Part shown: positions 1 through 9,204 of the stretch, in pieces
How positions within the stretch are numbered: position 1 is the stretch's first letter
Layout: every line of letters begins with the position of its first letter
IMG/VR virus record: IMGVR_UViG_3300024219_000008
Coordinates: 1-43,794 of that record
Origin: a virus
Taxonomy: Duplodnaviria; Caudoviricetes
Direction: 5' to 3' (one strand)
Length of the DNA: 43,794 bases
Translations under genes and position numbers: made by a program
Notes under the pieces: model-generated
Seen by the model: only the letters and a program-made list of their open reading frames with translations
What the model was told of the DNA's origin: nothing
Database searches by the model: none

Positions 1-183
1 ATGATCCCGTTGTTTGGGCGGACCCGGTCGCATCGTGCTATCAGATGGCGCATCGATCTCAGTGCCCCTTAAAAATGGCGTACATAACGCCAATGATGCT
101 GCCAACGGCCGCAACGCTCACAACAACCTGGACGATGATATACGCTATCAGGTTTGTGCCAGATGATTTTCCGCCGCTTTCCC
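1..183. repeat. Terminal direct repeat, left copy (circular overlap)
   Basis: Aligns to 43612-43794 with 8 mismatches in positions 1-71 and identity over 72-183. Confidence 0.95.
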
Positions 184-499
184 AACGAAACTGGTTCAGG
201 CTGCGAAGCTCGATTTGGATGTCTGACTTAATCTCCTGCAACTGGCTGGCAAGAAGCTTTGCCGTTGAGTCTATTTTCTCGTTTCGCATCGTCTCCATAA
301 TCGAACTATAGCGCGCGTCTTGCGCTCTAAGCTGGTCAAGTCTTCTGGTCTCTGCAGCGTCAAGATCCTCGATCCTGCGCAACTCCGATTTTAGCAACTT
401 TTCATCAGTGGCTCGCAGGGCATCACGAAACTTTTCTTGCGCTCCAACCAGATCAAGAACGTTTTTCGTCGGGTCGATTGGCGGAGGTTTTTCCACCAT
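59..499 (-). CDS. Coiled-coil protein with C-terminal TM helix (lysis-region membrane protein)
   Basis: 146 aa ORF; hydrophobic LIAYIIVQVVVSVAAVGSIIGVMYAIF at the C-terminus. Confidence 0.7.
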   Translation of the reverse strand: MVEKPPPIDPTKNVLDLVGAQEKFRDALRATDEKLLKSELRRIEDLDAAETRRLDQLRAQDARYSSIMETMRNEKIDSTAKLLASQLQEIKSDIQIELRSLNQFRWESGGKSSGTNLIAYIIVQVVVSVAAVGSIIGVMYAIFKGH

Positions 500-505
500 A
501 ATGTC

Positions 506-619
506 TTACGCTAGACCGATAGCGACGAGGTATCCGTAGCCAAGCGCGGCCGCCCAGATGAACATGGCCCAGGCGCAAATCACGGCTTCCTCAGCGGTCC
601 ATGCGTCGTCGGGTCTCAT
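506..619 (-). CDS. 37-aa membrane peptide
   Basis: Hand translation MRPDDAWTAEEAVICAWAMFIWAAALGYGYLVAIGLA; ATGA overlap with the upstream gene. Confidence 0.55.
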   Translation of the reverse strand: MRPDDAWTAEEAVICAWAMFIWAAALGYGYLVAIGLA

Positions 620-924
620 TTCAGCGCGTCCTCAACCGCGTCCCATATCTCTCGGTTCTCCGGCGTCAGAAGCTCGACACCGATCTCGTCGACCTCCTCT
701 TTCATATAGGCGTGCACCATCTCCAGCGCCTTGCGCATCTTGTCGTCGCGCGGCGGAACGTTGTAGTCCCCAAAGTTCGGGTCGTTGGGGTCCTTGTGGA
801 GATCGTCCACGCCGGTAAACTTCTGCTGCTCTCGTGCTCGCTCCCGCTCCTTCCGAGCGACGTCATCCGCCCGGTAGGAGTCCGATCCCTGCACGTAGCC
901 GCGGCCGGTAGGGCTTCCGCTCAT
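616..924 (-). CDS. Hypothetical protein
   Basis: 102 aa acidic ORF, ATGA-coupled to both neighbours. Confidence 0.65.
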   Translation of the reverse strand: MSGSPTGRGYVQGSDSYRADDVARKERERAREQQKFTGVDDLHKDPNDPNFGDYNVPPRDDKMRKALEMVHAYMKEEVDEIGVELLTPENREIWDAVEDALK

Positions 925-1133
925 GTCGCCGCCTGCGGGCAGAGTTTGCGATATGTCAGCTCGTTCGCCAGCAGGCGCCGCTTCACACCTGCTGGGGCCG
1001 AGATCGCGCCGTCGCCTTTCTGGACGATTACCTTGTCGTAGACCTGACAGAACGAGTCGATCTGCTCGGGCGTGCAGCTACTTGGGCTCAAGGCCACGAA
1101 GCTGAGCATCAACAGCGTCATCGGTAAGCGCAT
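921..1133 (-). CDS. Putative o-spanin (Rz1-like lipoprotein)
   Basis: Signal-like N-terminus ending LSPSSC; overlaps the 3' end of the i-spanin candidate; follows holin and endolysin. Confidence 0.65.
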   Translation of the reverse strand: MRLPMTLLMLSFVALSPSSCTPEQIDSFCQVYDKVIVQKGDGAISAPAGVKRRLLANELTYRKLCPQAAT

Positions 1134-1305
1134 TCACCTGATCCCTTATGGCCTTGGCAGCTTGGGTTTTCCCGAGGATGGCTGCGGAAATCTTCGCGAT
1201 CTCCGCATCCGTCCCGGCCTGGAATTGCTTCTGATCGTTCACGGCCCCCATGATCGCGTTTGCGAGCTTGAGGAACAGCAGAACGATCTCGGCCCATGTG
1301 AACAT
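1078..1305 (-). CDS. Putative i-spanin (Rz-like)
   Basis: N-terminal TM followed by a helical region; overlaps the lipoprotein gene. Confidence 0.6.
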   Translation of the reverse strand: MFTWAEIVLLFLKLANAIMGAVNDQKQFQAGTDAEIAKISAAILGKTQAAKAIRDQVNALTDDAVDAQLRGLEPK

Positions 1306-1577
1306 CAGCCGCCCGACTTGGCGTTGGCGACGGCGGTCTGCACGGCGGGACCTGCCGCTGGCGTGGTCTGCACATTGACGCCGGGCAGCTCCTGCGCATT
1401 GGCAGCCATGGCAGCCGGACGATTGGACCAGATCGACCAGCCGGCGGCGCCGAGCGCAATGATCGAGCTGGTGAGCCAGTCAGCCATCCCAGCATTGATC
1501 CAGCCTTTGGCGATGGCGAATGCCAGGAGGGCCGGCAGAATAGCCCTGAGTGGGCCCGCGATTTGATCCCAAGTCAT
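1305..1577 (-). CDS. Putative holin
   Basis: 90 aa with 2 TM segments, directly after the endolysin. Confidence 0.7.
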   Translation of the reverse strand: MTWDQIAGPLRAILPALLAFAIAKGWINAGMADWLTSSIIALGAAGWSIWSNRPAAMAANAQELPGVNVQTTPAAGPAVQTAVANAKSGG

Positions 1578-1647
1578 GTATCGTTCCCTTCAATGCCCGA
1601 GATACCGCTCGGCGTCGGATCGTGACTTTCCCGCTCCCGACGAGGCT

Positions 1648-2280
1648 CTAAGCGAGCGCGCCGGGATGCTGGTCAGGTAACGAATCTCGGTGTCCGTCTC
1701 CTGGGTGGCGACGGAGGATTTCGTCCTGCACGGCGCTGACTAGATCGTGCTTGATCATGTTCTTGCCGGGGCAGCTCTTGTGGGTCGTCTTCGGGTCTTC
1801 CTTGTGGAAATGAAGCCCGCGCGCGCCGAGCGCATAGGGCAGAACCTGTAGCCCCGCCGCAGCATGCAGGATGGCTAGCGCGGCGACGAGGTTGGTACGG
1901 ACCGGGCCGGCGAACGGCTCGCGATCGAACTCACCGACAGTCTCCACGCCCCATGATACCGAGTTCCATGATGGCGAATGGGTGCCGGGGCTGGTCAGCG
2001 GCGAAAACACCAGAATGCCATGCGGTGTCACGAACAGATGCGGGCCGGCGCTCCAATGCTGCTGGTCGCGATAGAACCCGACGAGGTTCTGCGCCCACTG
2101 TTCGTCCGTGACCGGCTTGGAGCGTATCTGCCAGCCCTGCCAGGTCTTGAGATCGGGAGAACTCGTATTGTGCACCACGACAAACCGGGGTCGCCATAGC
2201 CCGAACTTCAGTGTCTCAACGTATTTCTCGAACTCGTCAGGAGTGAAAGATTTGCCGACGATACCGCGCCATGTGGTCAT
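1648..2280 (-). CDS. Endolysin, N-acetylmuramoyl-L-alanine amidase (Amidase_2)
   Basis: Zn-amidase motifs VVVHNT, GPHLFV, GTHSP, HFHKE, KSCPG. Confidence 0.88.
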   Translation of the reverse strand: MTTWRGIVGKSFTPDEFEKYVETLKFGLWRPRFVVVHNTSSPDLKTWQGWQIRSKPVTDEQWAQNLVGFYRDQQHWSAGPHLFVTPHGILVFSPLTSPGTHSPSWNSVSWGVETVGEFDREPFAGPVRTNLVAALAILHAAAGLQVLPYALGARGLHFHKEDPKTTHKSCPGKNMIKHDLVSAVQDEILRRHPGDGHRDSLPDQHPGALA

Positions 2281-2308
2281 TGATTGCCTGTTTGTGGTTT
2301 GCTACCTT
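2280..2308 (+). promoter_or_regulatory. Sigma70-like promoter for the antisense moron gene
   Basis: TTGATT(2280)-N17-TACCTT(2303) with an extended TG. Confidence 0.5.
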
Positions 2309-2331
2309 GACGGGATAGCTGGGGAAACGCG

Positions 2332-2544
2332 ATGTTCAAGCAGGCAATCGTTGCGATCGCCGATACGTGGGACGTCTTGATCTACGGACATATTAGGGCG
2401 TGGGACGAGGAACGCGGCTGCTACTATCAGAGCCAAAAAACTGCACTCACCAGAGCGGATTTGATCGATACCATCTTGGCAGGATCGATCGGAATCGCTT
2501 GGGTCTGCGCGATGGCTGCTGCTTTCATCGATGTCTTCAGATGA
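2332..2544 (+). CDS. Small membrane protein, opposite strand (moron)
   Basis: 70 aa with a C-terminal TM; fills the gap between tail fibre and endolysin; own promoter and GGGGA SD. Confidence 0.6.
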   Translation: MFKQAIVAIADTWDVLIYGHIRAWDEERGCYYQSQKTALTRADLIDTILAGSIGIAWVCAMAAAFIDVFR

Positions 2545-3514
2545 CGCGGATAATGTAGTTTGTGATCAGCGTCGGCTGGACATTGCTGAAGGGCGTGCTC
2601 GTGCCGCCCTGTGCTGTTCCGGTAAATGACGCAGTAATGCCAGTCGTTGCAGTGATGGCAGCCGACAGCGCGCCTCCGCTCACAGCCGCAACACCATTTG
2701 TAATTGCAATGCTGGAAGTGTAGGAGACGGCAACAGAACCAGCCGGTGTATAGGGCGGCAGGTTGGCAGTTCCAAGAGTTACGGTTTGAGCAGTCGACGA
2801 GGCGCCAAGAGTGGTCCCGACGATTCCGCTTCCTGCATTCGTGATCCGGTTCGCGGCGCTGCCCCCCATGTCATCCTTGCCGGCAGGGACTCGCCCACGA
2901 AGATCAGGAAGGTTGAACGTGGTAGAACCGTCCCCAACACCGAAGGCCGTGCCGGTCAACGCAAACAGCGTCGCGTAGGTAGTCCGGTTGATTGCCTGTC
3001 CGTATGGGAACACGAACGAGCTATTCGGCGCCGTCGTTCCAAAGAACAGCATCCCGCCCCCGAGCGGAACGTTGTACGGATTTCCGAAGAACCCGCGCAG
3101 ATACCAGACCGCATCCGAGTTGTTGTAGGTCGCGACGTAGGGCGTACCAGCAACCAGGGAGCCGGCAAGTAGCTCAACGCCGGTCGAGGTCCGCAGTGGC
3201 TTAGCTCCGAGACCATCCACATTCAGCGTCACCGTCGCGCCGTTGGTGGCGTGCGGCGTGAAAGCAATCATCTGGTTGGCCATGTGCGCCAGCGTGTCGA
3301 AAATCTGGTAGCTCGTCACCGTGTAGGCTGTCGAACTTCCTCCCGTGACAATCGCGCCAGAGATGTCATCTCGGAACGCCGCGGTCGACGCCATCATGGC
3401 TCGGGCGGAATCATTGATGCTGGATGGCGCTTGGCCCTCGGCCCAATTGATCGTCGCATCCGCGCTGGCATTGTTGCCAGCCGTCCGGCTCCAATTATAG
3501 AACGGTAGCGCCAT
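2537..3514 (-). CDS. Tail fibre protein with phage tail collar domain
   Basis: Collar motif GQAINRTTYATLF..FGVGDGSTTFNLPDLRGR; C-terminal NVQPTLITNYIIRV. Confidence 0.9.
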   Translation of the reverse strand: MALPFYNWSRTAGNNASADATINWAEGQAPSSINDSARAMMASTAAFRDDISGAIVTGGSSTAYTVTSYQIFDTLAHMANQMIAFTPHATNGATVTLNVDGLGAKPLRTSTGVELLAGSLVAGTPYVATYNNSDAVWYLRGFFGNPYNVPLGGGMLFFGTTAPNSSFVFPYGQAINRTTYATLFALTGTAFGVGDGSTTFNLPDLRGRVPAGKDDMGGSAANRITNAGSGIVGTTLGASSTAQTVTLGTANLPPYTPAGSVAVSYTSSIAITNGVAAVSGGALSAAITATTGITASFTGTAQGGTSTPFSNVQPTLITNYIIRVI

Positions 3515-3517
3515 GGA

Positions 3518-4207
3518 TTACCCTCTGGAGAATTGCGGCGGCTTGAATGCCGCGCGGAGTTTGGTGAGATCGACGCGCGGGCGTGGACTGGCGAATATCG
3601 GTTGCATCTGCGGCGCTGCCGCGGGCTGGTAGGCCGGAGCATCGGGAACTGGCTGCTGCGGAGCCTGCTGGGGCGCTGGCGCGGCTTGGGCGAAGATCGG
3701 TGCGGCCGGCGTCTGTGGTGCGACCAGCGCGGCTTGCTGGGGCACAGCGGCGGCCGGTTGTTGCCCGCCCACCTTCCGCGCCGCCCATGTCTGAAGATCG
3801 GCCGCCGTCATATTCGCAAGGAACGGGTTTGCCTTGACGACACCGGGGCCCAGGATCTGGGATACCGGAGCGCTCGGATCGGCCTGCAGCACGCTCACCG
3901 CGCCTTGCGGCCCGGCAAAATGCGCCAAATAGGTATTCCCGTCATTGACAGGCAATCCGGCCTTGGCCAAAACCGCTTGGTTCTGCTGGGCGTAGGCCTC
4001 GGTGGCTTGGCGTGCGAGCTGCGGGTCTGTCTTCAGGGCAAGGAGTGCGGAATCGGGCTGCTCGGCCAGATCGGGGCGCATGCTGCGGATGGTCGATAAC
4101 CAGGTCGAGTCGATGAATTGCCCCGGTCCGGCCGCCGACGAATTTGGATTGCGCGCGTTCGGATTTCCGCCGCTCTCGGCGCCAATGATGGAGTCGATCA
4201 AGCCCAT
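3518..4207 (-). CDS. Virion-associated lytic transglycosylase-like protein
   Basis: AESGGNPNARNPNSSAAGPGQFIDSTW..YLAHFAG motifs; Pro/Gln-rich tail. Confidence 0.8.
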   Translation of the reverse strand: MGLIDSIIGAESGGNPNARNPNSSAAGPGQFIDSTWLSTIRSMRPDLAEQPDSALLALKTDPQLARQATEAYAQQNQAVLAKAGLPVNDGNTYLAHFAGPQGAVSVLQADPSAPVSQILGPGVVKANPFLANMTAADLQTWAARKVGGQQPAAAVPQQAALVAPQTPAAPIFAQAAPAPQQAPQQPVPDAPAYQPAAAPQMQPIFASPRPRVDLTKLRAAFKPPQFSRG

Positions 4208-4313
4208 GGATTCAAACCCGTATGAGGGATGGCTCTACAAGCTGGTCCCGCCGCTCGCCTATGGGATCTCATGGGCGGCTGCGTTCGCCATTGTGATCTG
4301 GCTCACACATTAG
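4206..4313 (+). CDS. 35-aa single-TM peptide, opposite strand
   Basis: MDSNPYEGWLYKLVPPLAYGISWAAAFAIVIWLTH exactly fills the gap between two minus-strand genes. Confidence 0.5.
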   Translation: MDSNPYEGWLYKLVPPLAYGISWAAAFAIVIWLTH

Positions 4314-6277
4314 CGGCGCGCCCGGCGCTGTTCGCGGTTATCAGGAATCGCGGCCAAGGCCCCGCCTGAAGCCCCGCGCTGCACGTTCCGAGCGATATTG
4401 TTGACATAGGCGATGCGCGCCACCGTGCTTTGCACCATGTTGCGGAGCTGGCCGGGCGTCATGGTTGCGCCGTTCTGCAATAGGATGTCGGCCACCCGCT
4501 GCCGCACAGCCGGCGTATTCCCGGTCCTGATATTGTGCCCAGCCGCTAGGATGCTGCGGATAGCGCCATGGACATTGCCGGTGAGGACCTGCCCGATCAG
4601 ATGAGGGCTGATCCCTGCCGCCGCGTCATGAGCGAGGTTTTTGGCCGTAGATGACCCGCCCAGCGCCGTCGCGCGCCCCTCGAACATGGTTTGCTCTCGG
4701 CCGATCCGCCGCTGCATCAGCGCGTTGCCGGGCGCCATTGCGTTGGCCTCGGCCTGAAATGCGTCATTGATGAGCGGCCGCGCCTTGTTGGCACCGAATG
4801 CCGCGCCTTGGGCATTGGCGATAAGTGGATCCACATAGCCCGATCGAAACGCCTGCTGGCCCTGCGGCTGGAGTGCCCGAAAGGCCGGGATGGTGTCCTC
4901 AGTGCGGCCGCGCGTCGCCGCCTGCCTGCCGGTCTGCACCGCCTCGATGTTCCTGGAGGCTTGCGCGAAGTTCTGGTTAGCCTGCCGATAGCCGGGGCTG
5001 GCTGCCTCCATAGCGGCGTCCAACTGGCGCACCGCGCCGCCAATCAGCCGCGCCCGATTTCCCTGCCCGCCGCGGCGCGCCGCCTCCGCTGCATCGGCCA
5101 TGTCGCCGCGAATGCGTTGCACGGCCTCGAAATCGTCAGGATTGACCCGCGCCAGACGCTGCCGGAACGGGGTCAGCGCCGCCTCAATGCTGTCATTGGC
5201 CGCCGTCAGGACCTGACCTGGCTGCGTGCCGATGATCCGGTCAAGATGGTTGATAGGCGCGACCAGATCCACCGGCGCCGAGCCGCCGCGTACCGCGTTG
5301 AAATCCGTATCGGCCTGCGCGCCGCGCGCCGCGGTCATCCGCGCCTCGGTTTGGGCTGCGGTTTCCGGGGCTTGGAAACCCTCCGCGAGCGCGTTGGAGA
5401 TGCGGCGCCCCTGCGTGCCCTGCCGGCCCTCCAGCGCATTGACGACCGCGGTACGGGCCGTGCCGGGGCCGCGCGCCGCCGCGCCAAGCATCTCCTGCCC
5501 TGCGTTGCCCATGGCGTCGGCGACGTTAAACACGCCTTGGCCTTCCCGGGCGGCCTGCTGCACTGAGGCCTCGATCTGGGCCGGGGTCATCCCGCTTTCG
5601 CTGATAGCTCGAGCAACCTGGGCGGTGCCGAAACGCTCCGGATTGACCCGTGCCGCGACGTTGGCGAAGATGGGAGAGGCAACACCATGAGCCAGCGCGC
5701 CGGCAGCCGGGAAACCTGCCCCAAGCGCGCCGCCGATCAGCGCACCGGTGACGGGGTTTTCTCCCCTGACTGCCGCATCGGTGCCGCCGATCGCCGCGTT
5801 CGACAGGCCGCCGGCCGCCGTGCGCGCCCCGAGGCCGCCGGTCACACCCATGAGCCCAGGCGCAGCGGCGAGCAAAGGGGCCATAGCCGCCGCGCCTCCG
5901 GCGAACTTCGCCGCAGTGTCGACATAGGGATGCTGCCCCGCAAACTTGGTATCCGCGCCTTCCTGAAGGGCCAGCGATTTCGCGTAGCGTTCGCCGAACG
6001 TGTCGCCCTGAAGCTGGTCTTTCGGATCGAACAGAGGGTTAAGCGCAGGCGCCAGAGCGGCGTTCGTCGCGGCATTGGCCTTGTTAAGCAGGCCGCCGAT
6101 GATCGGGATACCGGAGGCCGCCGAGCGCACAACCTCGTTGGTCGTGACGGGTTCAACCGGCGCGCTCGCCGCCAAATGCTGCTGCAGGATCTGGAACGCC
6201 TGCGCCGGCGTAGCGCCTTCAGGGCCCTCAATCGAGTAGGTTTTCCCGTCCGGCGAGGTCAGGTCAAAGGTTGGCAT
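4310..6277 (-). CDS. Putative DNA ejection/internal virion protein
   Basis: 655 aa, Ala/Gly-rich; N-terminal TSPDGKTYSIEGPEGA; podoviral position. Confidence 0.7.
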   Translation of the reverse strand: MPTFDLTSPDGKTYSIEGPEGATPAQAFQILQQHLAASAPVEPVTTNEVVRSAASGIPIIGGLLNKANAATNAALAPALNPLFDPKDQLQGDTFGERYAKSLALQEGADTKFAGQHPYVDTAAKFAGGAAAMAPLLAAAPGLMGVTGGLGARTAAGGLSNAAIGGTDAAVRGENPVTGALIGGALGAGFPAAGALAHGVASPIFANVAARVNPERFGTAQVARAISESGMTPAQIEASVQQAAREGQGVFNVADAMGNAGQEMLGAAARGPGTARTAVVNALEGRQGTQGRRISNALAEGFQAPETAAQTEARMTAARGAQADTDFNAVRGGSAPVDLVAPINHLDRIIGTQPGQVLTAANDSIEAALTPFRQRLARVNPDDFEAVQRIRGDMADAAEAARRGGQGNRARLIGGAVRQLDAAMEAASPGYRQANQNFAQASRNIEAVQTGRQAATRGRTEDTIPAFRALQPQGQQAFRSGYVDPLIANAQGAAFGANKARPLINDAFQAEANAMAPGNALMQRRIGREQTMFEGRATALGGSSTAKNLAHDAAAGISPHLIGQVLTGNVHGAIRSILAAGHNIRTGNTPAVRQRVADILLQNGATMTPGQLRNMVQSTVARIAYVNNIARNVQRGASGGALAAIPDNREQRRARR

Positions 6278-7932
6278 CAGCGCACCTTCACTGTCCAGCC
6301 GGAGGGAAGCGTGGCCGGAGCGGCGGCGGGCGATGCGGATCCGCCCCGGAGCCGCGAAACATTCTCCTCGACCTTCGCCAGCGCCTCTTGGCCATCCTTG
6401 CGCAGCACGGGGTATTGCTTCGCACCTTCCTCACCTAGCACGCCTTGAATCTGGCCGCCGAGCGCATCGAGCCGGGAGCGCATCAATTCGCCCTCGGTCG
6501 CCAGAATCGCCGCCAACTCCTTCGGCGACCGCGCGCCATTGACACTTTCGATGAAACGGTCGCGCTCGGCCGTACCACCCGGAGAACCGGCGTAGAATTT
6601 CGTGATTTCTTGACCGTAGTGCTGTGCGGCACCCTTCAGAGCTTCCATTTTTGCGGCTTGCTCGGTGCCGAGGCCGCGGGCCGCATTCACCAAAGACGTG
6701 ACCGGAGCAAGTCCCATGTCCCAATTGCCGAGGCCCACCGCCTTTTCCGTGAGATCGGCGAGATGGCCCGCCGCCGTGTTGCCGATATTGATTTGTCCTC
6801 CGAGCGAGGACGGCGCGCTCGAGCTGAGCTGATTGCGCATGGTCTTGCGCGCGGCGAACGAGGCATCATCTACGGGCTGTCCGATATCCAAGCCGTATTT
6901 CTGCGCGACCATCTTTACGGTTTGGGTGAAGCCCTTCCGCGGGTTTCCGGTCGGTGTAGATTTTCCGTCCACATAGTTCTGCACGGATGCCTGAATTTCC
7001 GGGGAGAACTGGGCCAGATAGTCCTTTCCGGTCAAACTGCTGTCGATTTGCTTGACGCCGGGCGCGAGGAAGCCGCCCGTGAGCGGCCCATTCGCATCAC
7101 CGCTCTGCCCGATCGGACGACCGTTGATGGTCTGGTCGCGCTCGTTGACGAAACCGTAATTTTCGTTGCCGAAGGCATCGACGCCAGTCTTCTGGTACTT
7201 TTCTTTGTTGGTCAAAGCCTCACTGATGAGCGTCTTGCCAGCTTCCGGATTGAGCACGGCGAGCTGCGCATTCTGCGGGGTTAAACCAGCCGAAATCAGC
7301 GCGCGATATTGCGCGACGAGATTCTGCTGCTGGATCCCGGCCGGATCGGTTCTCTGGCCTGTCACCCCGCCGGTGATACCTCCCAACACCTTCTGCAGCA
7401 GGCCGCCTGGGGTATTGACGAAGCTTTGCAGCCCGGCACCGAGATTGCCGCCGAAGTTGGCGCCGCCGAGCGCAGGCGGGAGCCCCTGATCCATTTGCGG
7501 GGCCTGCTGGCCCTGTGTCGGCTGGGCCTGCGGTGGCGTCATGACCTGTTGCGGCTGATAGAGGTCCGGAGAGCCTACGCGGGGCATCTGATAGCCGCCG
7601 ATGGCGAGCGGGCCAGCTTGCGGCGCGGGGGCAGGCGCGGCCGGTGCGGCCATAGGAGCGGCCGGCGCGCCAGCATCACTGCTGCCCAGGCCCATCATCT
7701 GGCGCTCGGTCGGCGTGAGCGGCTGTTGCTGGATCGTCGGTTGCTGGGCGGGTTGGGTGGCCAGCGGCGCCAAACTGCCCATGATCTGGCCCAGCGGCTG
7801 GCCGGCGAATATCGGCGCGCCGGGAGCCGAACCAAACCCCTGCGATTGCGGGTTCTGATACTGCCACTCGCGCGGCAGGCCGCCGAGTAGTCCGCCGCCG
7901 CTATCGCCGAAGATTGCATCCAACAGGCCCAT
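6277..7932 (-). CDS. Putative DNA ejection protein (start MGLLD)
   Basis: Gln/Pro/Gly-rich; MGLLD-type start; C-terminal LPSGWTVK. Confidence 0.7.
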   Translation of the reverse strand: MGLLDAIFGDSGGGLLGGLPREWQYQNPQSQGFGSAPGAPIFAGQPLGQIMGSLAPLATQPAQQPTIQQQPLTPTERQMMGLGSSDAGAPAAPMAAPAAPAPAPQAGPLAIGGYQMPRVGSPDLYQPQQVMTPPQAQPTQGQQAPQMDQGLPPALGGANFGGNLGAGLQSFVNTPGGLLQKVLGGITGGVTGQRTDPAGIQQQNLVAQYRALISAGLTPQNAQLAVLNPEAGKTLISEALTNKEKYQKTGVDAFGNENYGFVNERDQTINGRPIGQSGDANGPLTGGFLAPGVKQIDSSLTGKDYLAQFSPEIQASVQNYVDGKSTPTGNPRKGFTQTVKMVAQKYGLDIGQPVDDASFAARKTMRNQLSSSAPSSLGGQINIGNTAAGHLADLTEKAVGLGNWDMGLAPVTSLVNAARGLGTEQAAKMEALKGAAQHYGQEITKFYAGSPGGTAERDRFIESVNGARSPKELAAILATEGELMRSRLDALGGQIQGVLGEEGAKQYPVLRKDGQEALAKVEENVSRLRGGSASPAAAPATLPSGWTVKVR

Positions 7933-7942
7933 GCTTTGATCC

Positions 7943-8800
7943 TCAGCCCAACAGCAGCTTGCCGAGATTTGAAACACCGCCCGCAATCTTTGCGAACTGG
8001 TCCGCTCCGCTCATCTGCTGCGTGCCCTGGCTCTGGCCGGTGGACTGGGAACCAAGCCCCGCGATCGGAATGCCGATCTGAGCGAGCAGCCCCAGCGCCT
8101 GAACCGGGATGCCGCGCCGCTGCGCCTCGGCCTGTAAGGTGGCATTGGCGCCGGCGTTCGCCGCATCGTTCGCGGCGCCCGCCGCGGTAACGCCCGCACC
8201 CTTGTTTGCCAAGGCCTGCTGCTGGAAGCCGGAGAGGATGCCGGCGTTCGTGTTGCCACCCTGGTAGAGGTTTCCGGCAGCGCCCTGCTGGTTCTGGACG
8301 TTCTGATTGTATTGCGCTGCAATGGTCGGGGCCACGCCCTGCATGATGCCGCGCCCGAGCGCCATGGAGTTCGCACCGGAGAAGTCCCGGCCCGCCGCGG
8401 CAAACTGCCCGTTGGTGCCGTTCGTGATATCGGCAATAGTCGTGCTCAGCGCATCCTTGAAGCCCGGCGTGTTGTAGGGATCATAATTCGTATTGCTCGC
8501 CAGTGGGTTGGTCTGGTCGACATAGCGCTGATAGTTCGCATTCACCGCGCCGCTCTGGTCAGTCGCCCCGCCACCTCCGAGCAAATCGGTAGCATACTGC
8601 TTGATCTGCGGCGCGAATTGGCTGGCCTGGCCCGCGTTCTGCTCGAGCTGGTTGATCGCGCCGGTCTCCGCGCCGGTCAGGCCGGTATTGTTTAGGCCGG
8701 TCCCGAGCTGGCTCAGGATCCCGGAAAGAGCCGGCTGGGCCTGCGTCCACGGCGCCGTGGTACTGCTCTGCGTCTGCGTCGAACTGCTTTGTCCGCCCAT
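7943..8800 (-). CDS. Putative DNA ejection/pilot protein
   Basis: MGGQSSSTQT..APW..QP start typical of podoviral ejection proteins. Confidence 0.72.
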   Translation of the reverse strand: MGGQSSSTQTQSSTTAPWTQAQPALSGILSQLGTGLNNTGLTGAETGAINQLEQNAGQASQFAPQIKQYATDLLGGGGATDQSGAVNANYQRYVDQTNPLASNTNYDPYNTPGFKDALSTTIADITNGTNGQFAAAGRDFSGANSMALGRGIMQGVAPTIAAQYNQNVQNQQGAAGNLYQGGNTNAGILSGFQQQALANKGAGVTAAGAANDAANAGANATLQAEAQRRGIPVQALGLLAQIGIPIAGLGSQSTGQSQGTQQMSGADQFAKIAGGVSNLGKLLLG

Positions 8801-9204
8801 CAGGTCAATTCCTTCTCCAAAACCACATGCTCAACTCGGTAATTGTCCAATACGCGATGCCAGCCCCTGCGGCCGAATATACGCATGACGGCACAGCCCT
8901 CAGCGGCCGCGAATGCCTCAAGCCGTGCCAGCAGCGCCAACCACCGATCACGATGATGTCCTGCACACGCGGTCAGAACGCAGACCTTGCGGCCGTTCAG
9001 CAGCACCAGTTGCGTTGCCGCCGCCGCCTCTATCGTCTTGTCTACCACGGCCAGCCACAGCAACTGCCGGCCAGCCAGAATTTCAGCCTCGCATTCCGCA
9101 AAGTCGCTCAATCCCGTGGCGTCGATCGCCGATTTGATTAGATGCCTGGCATGGGGCCAGATATCAGCGATGAGCGCCGGGTCGACGCAAATGAGGTCAG
9201 CCAA
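8800..9204 (-). CDS. GNAT-like virion assembly protein
   Basis: AAAEGCAVMRIFGRRGWHRVL motif; lies between nozzle and ejection genes. Confidence 0.65.
   Translation of the reverse strand: MADLICVDPALIADIWPHARHLIKSAIDATGLSDFAECEAEILAGRQLLWLAVVDKTIEAAAATQLVLLNGRKVCVLTACAGHHRDRWLALLARLEAFAAAEGCAVMRIFGRRGWHRVLDNYRVEHVVLEKELT

Noticed and set aside
1-71. Imperfect repeat pair as a DGR template/variable region
   Set aside because: Mismatches are not adenine-specific, are mostly synonymous, and no reverse transcriptase is encoded
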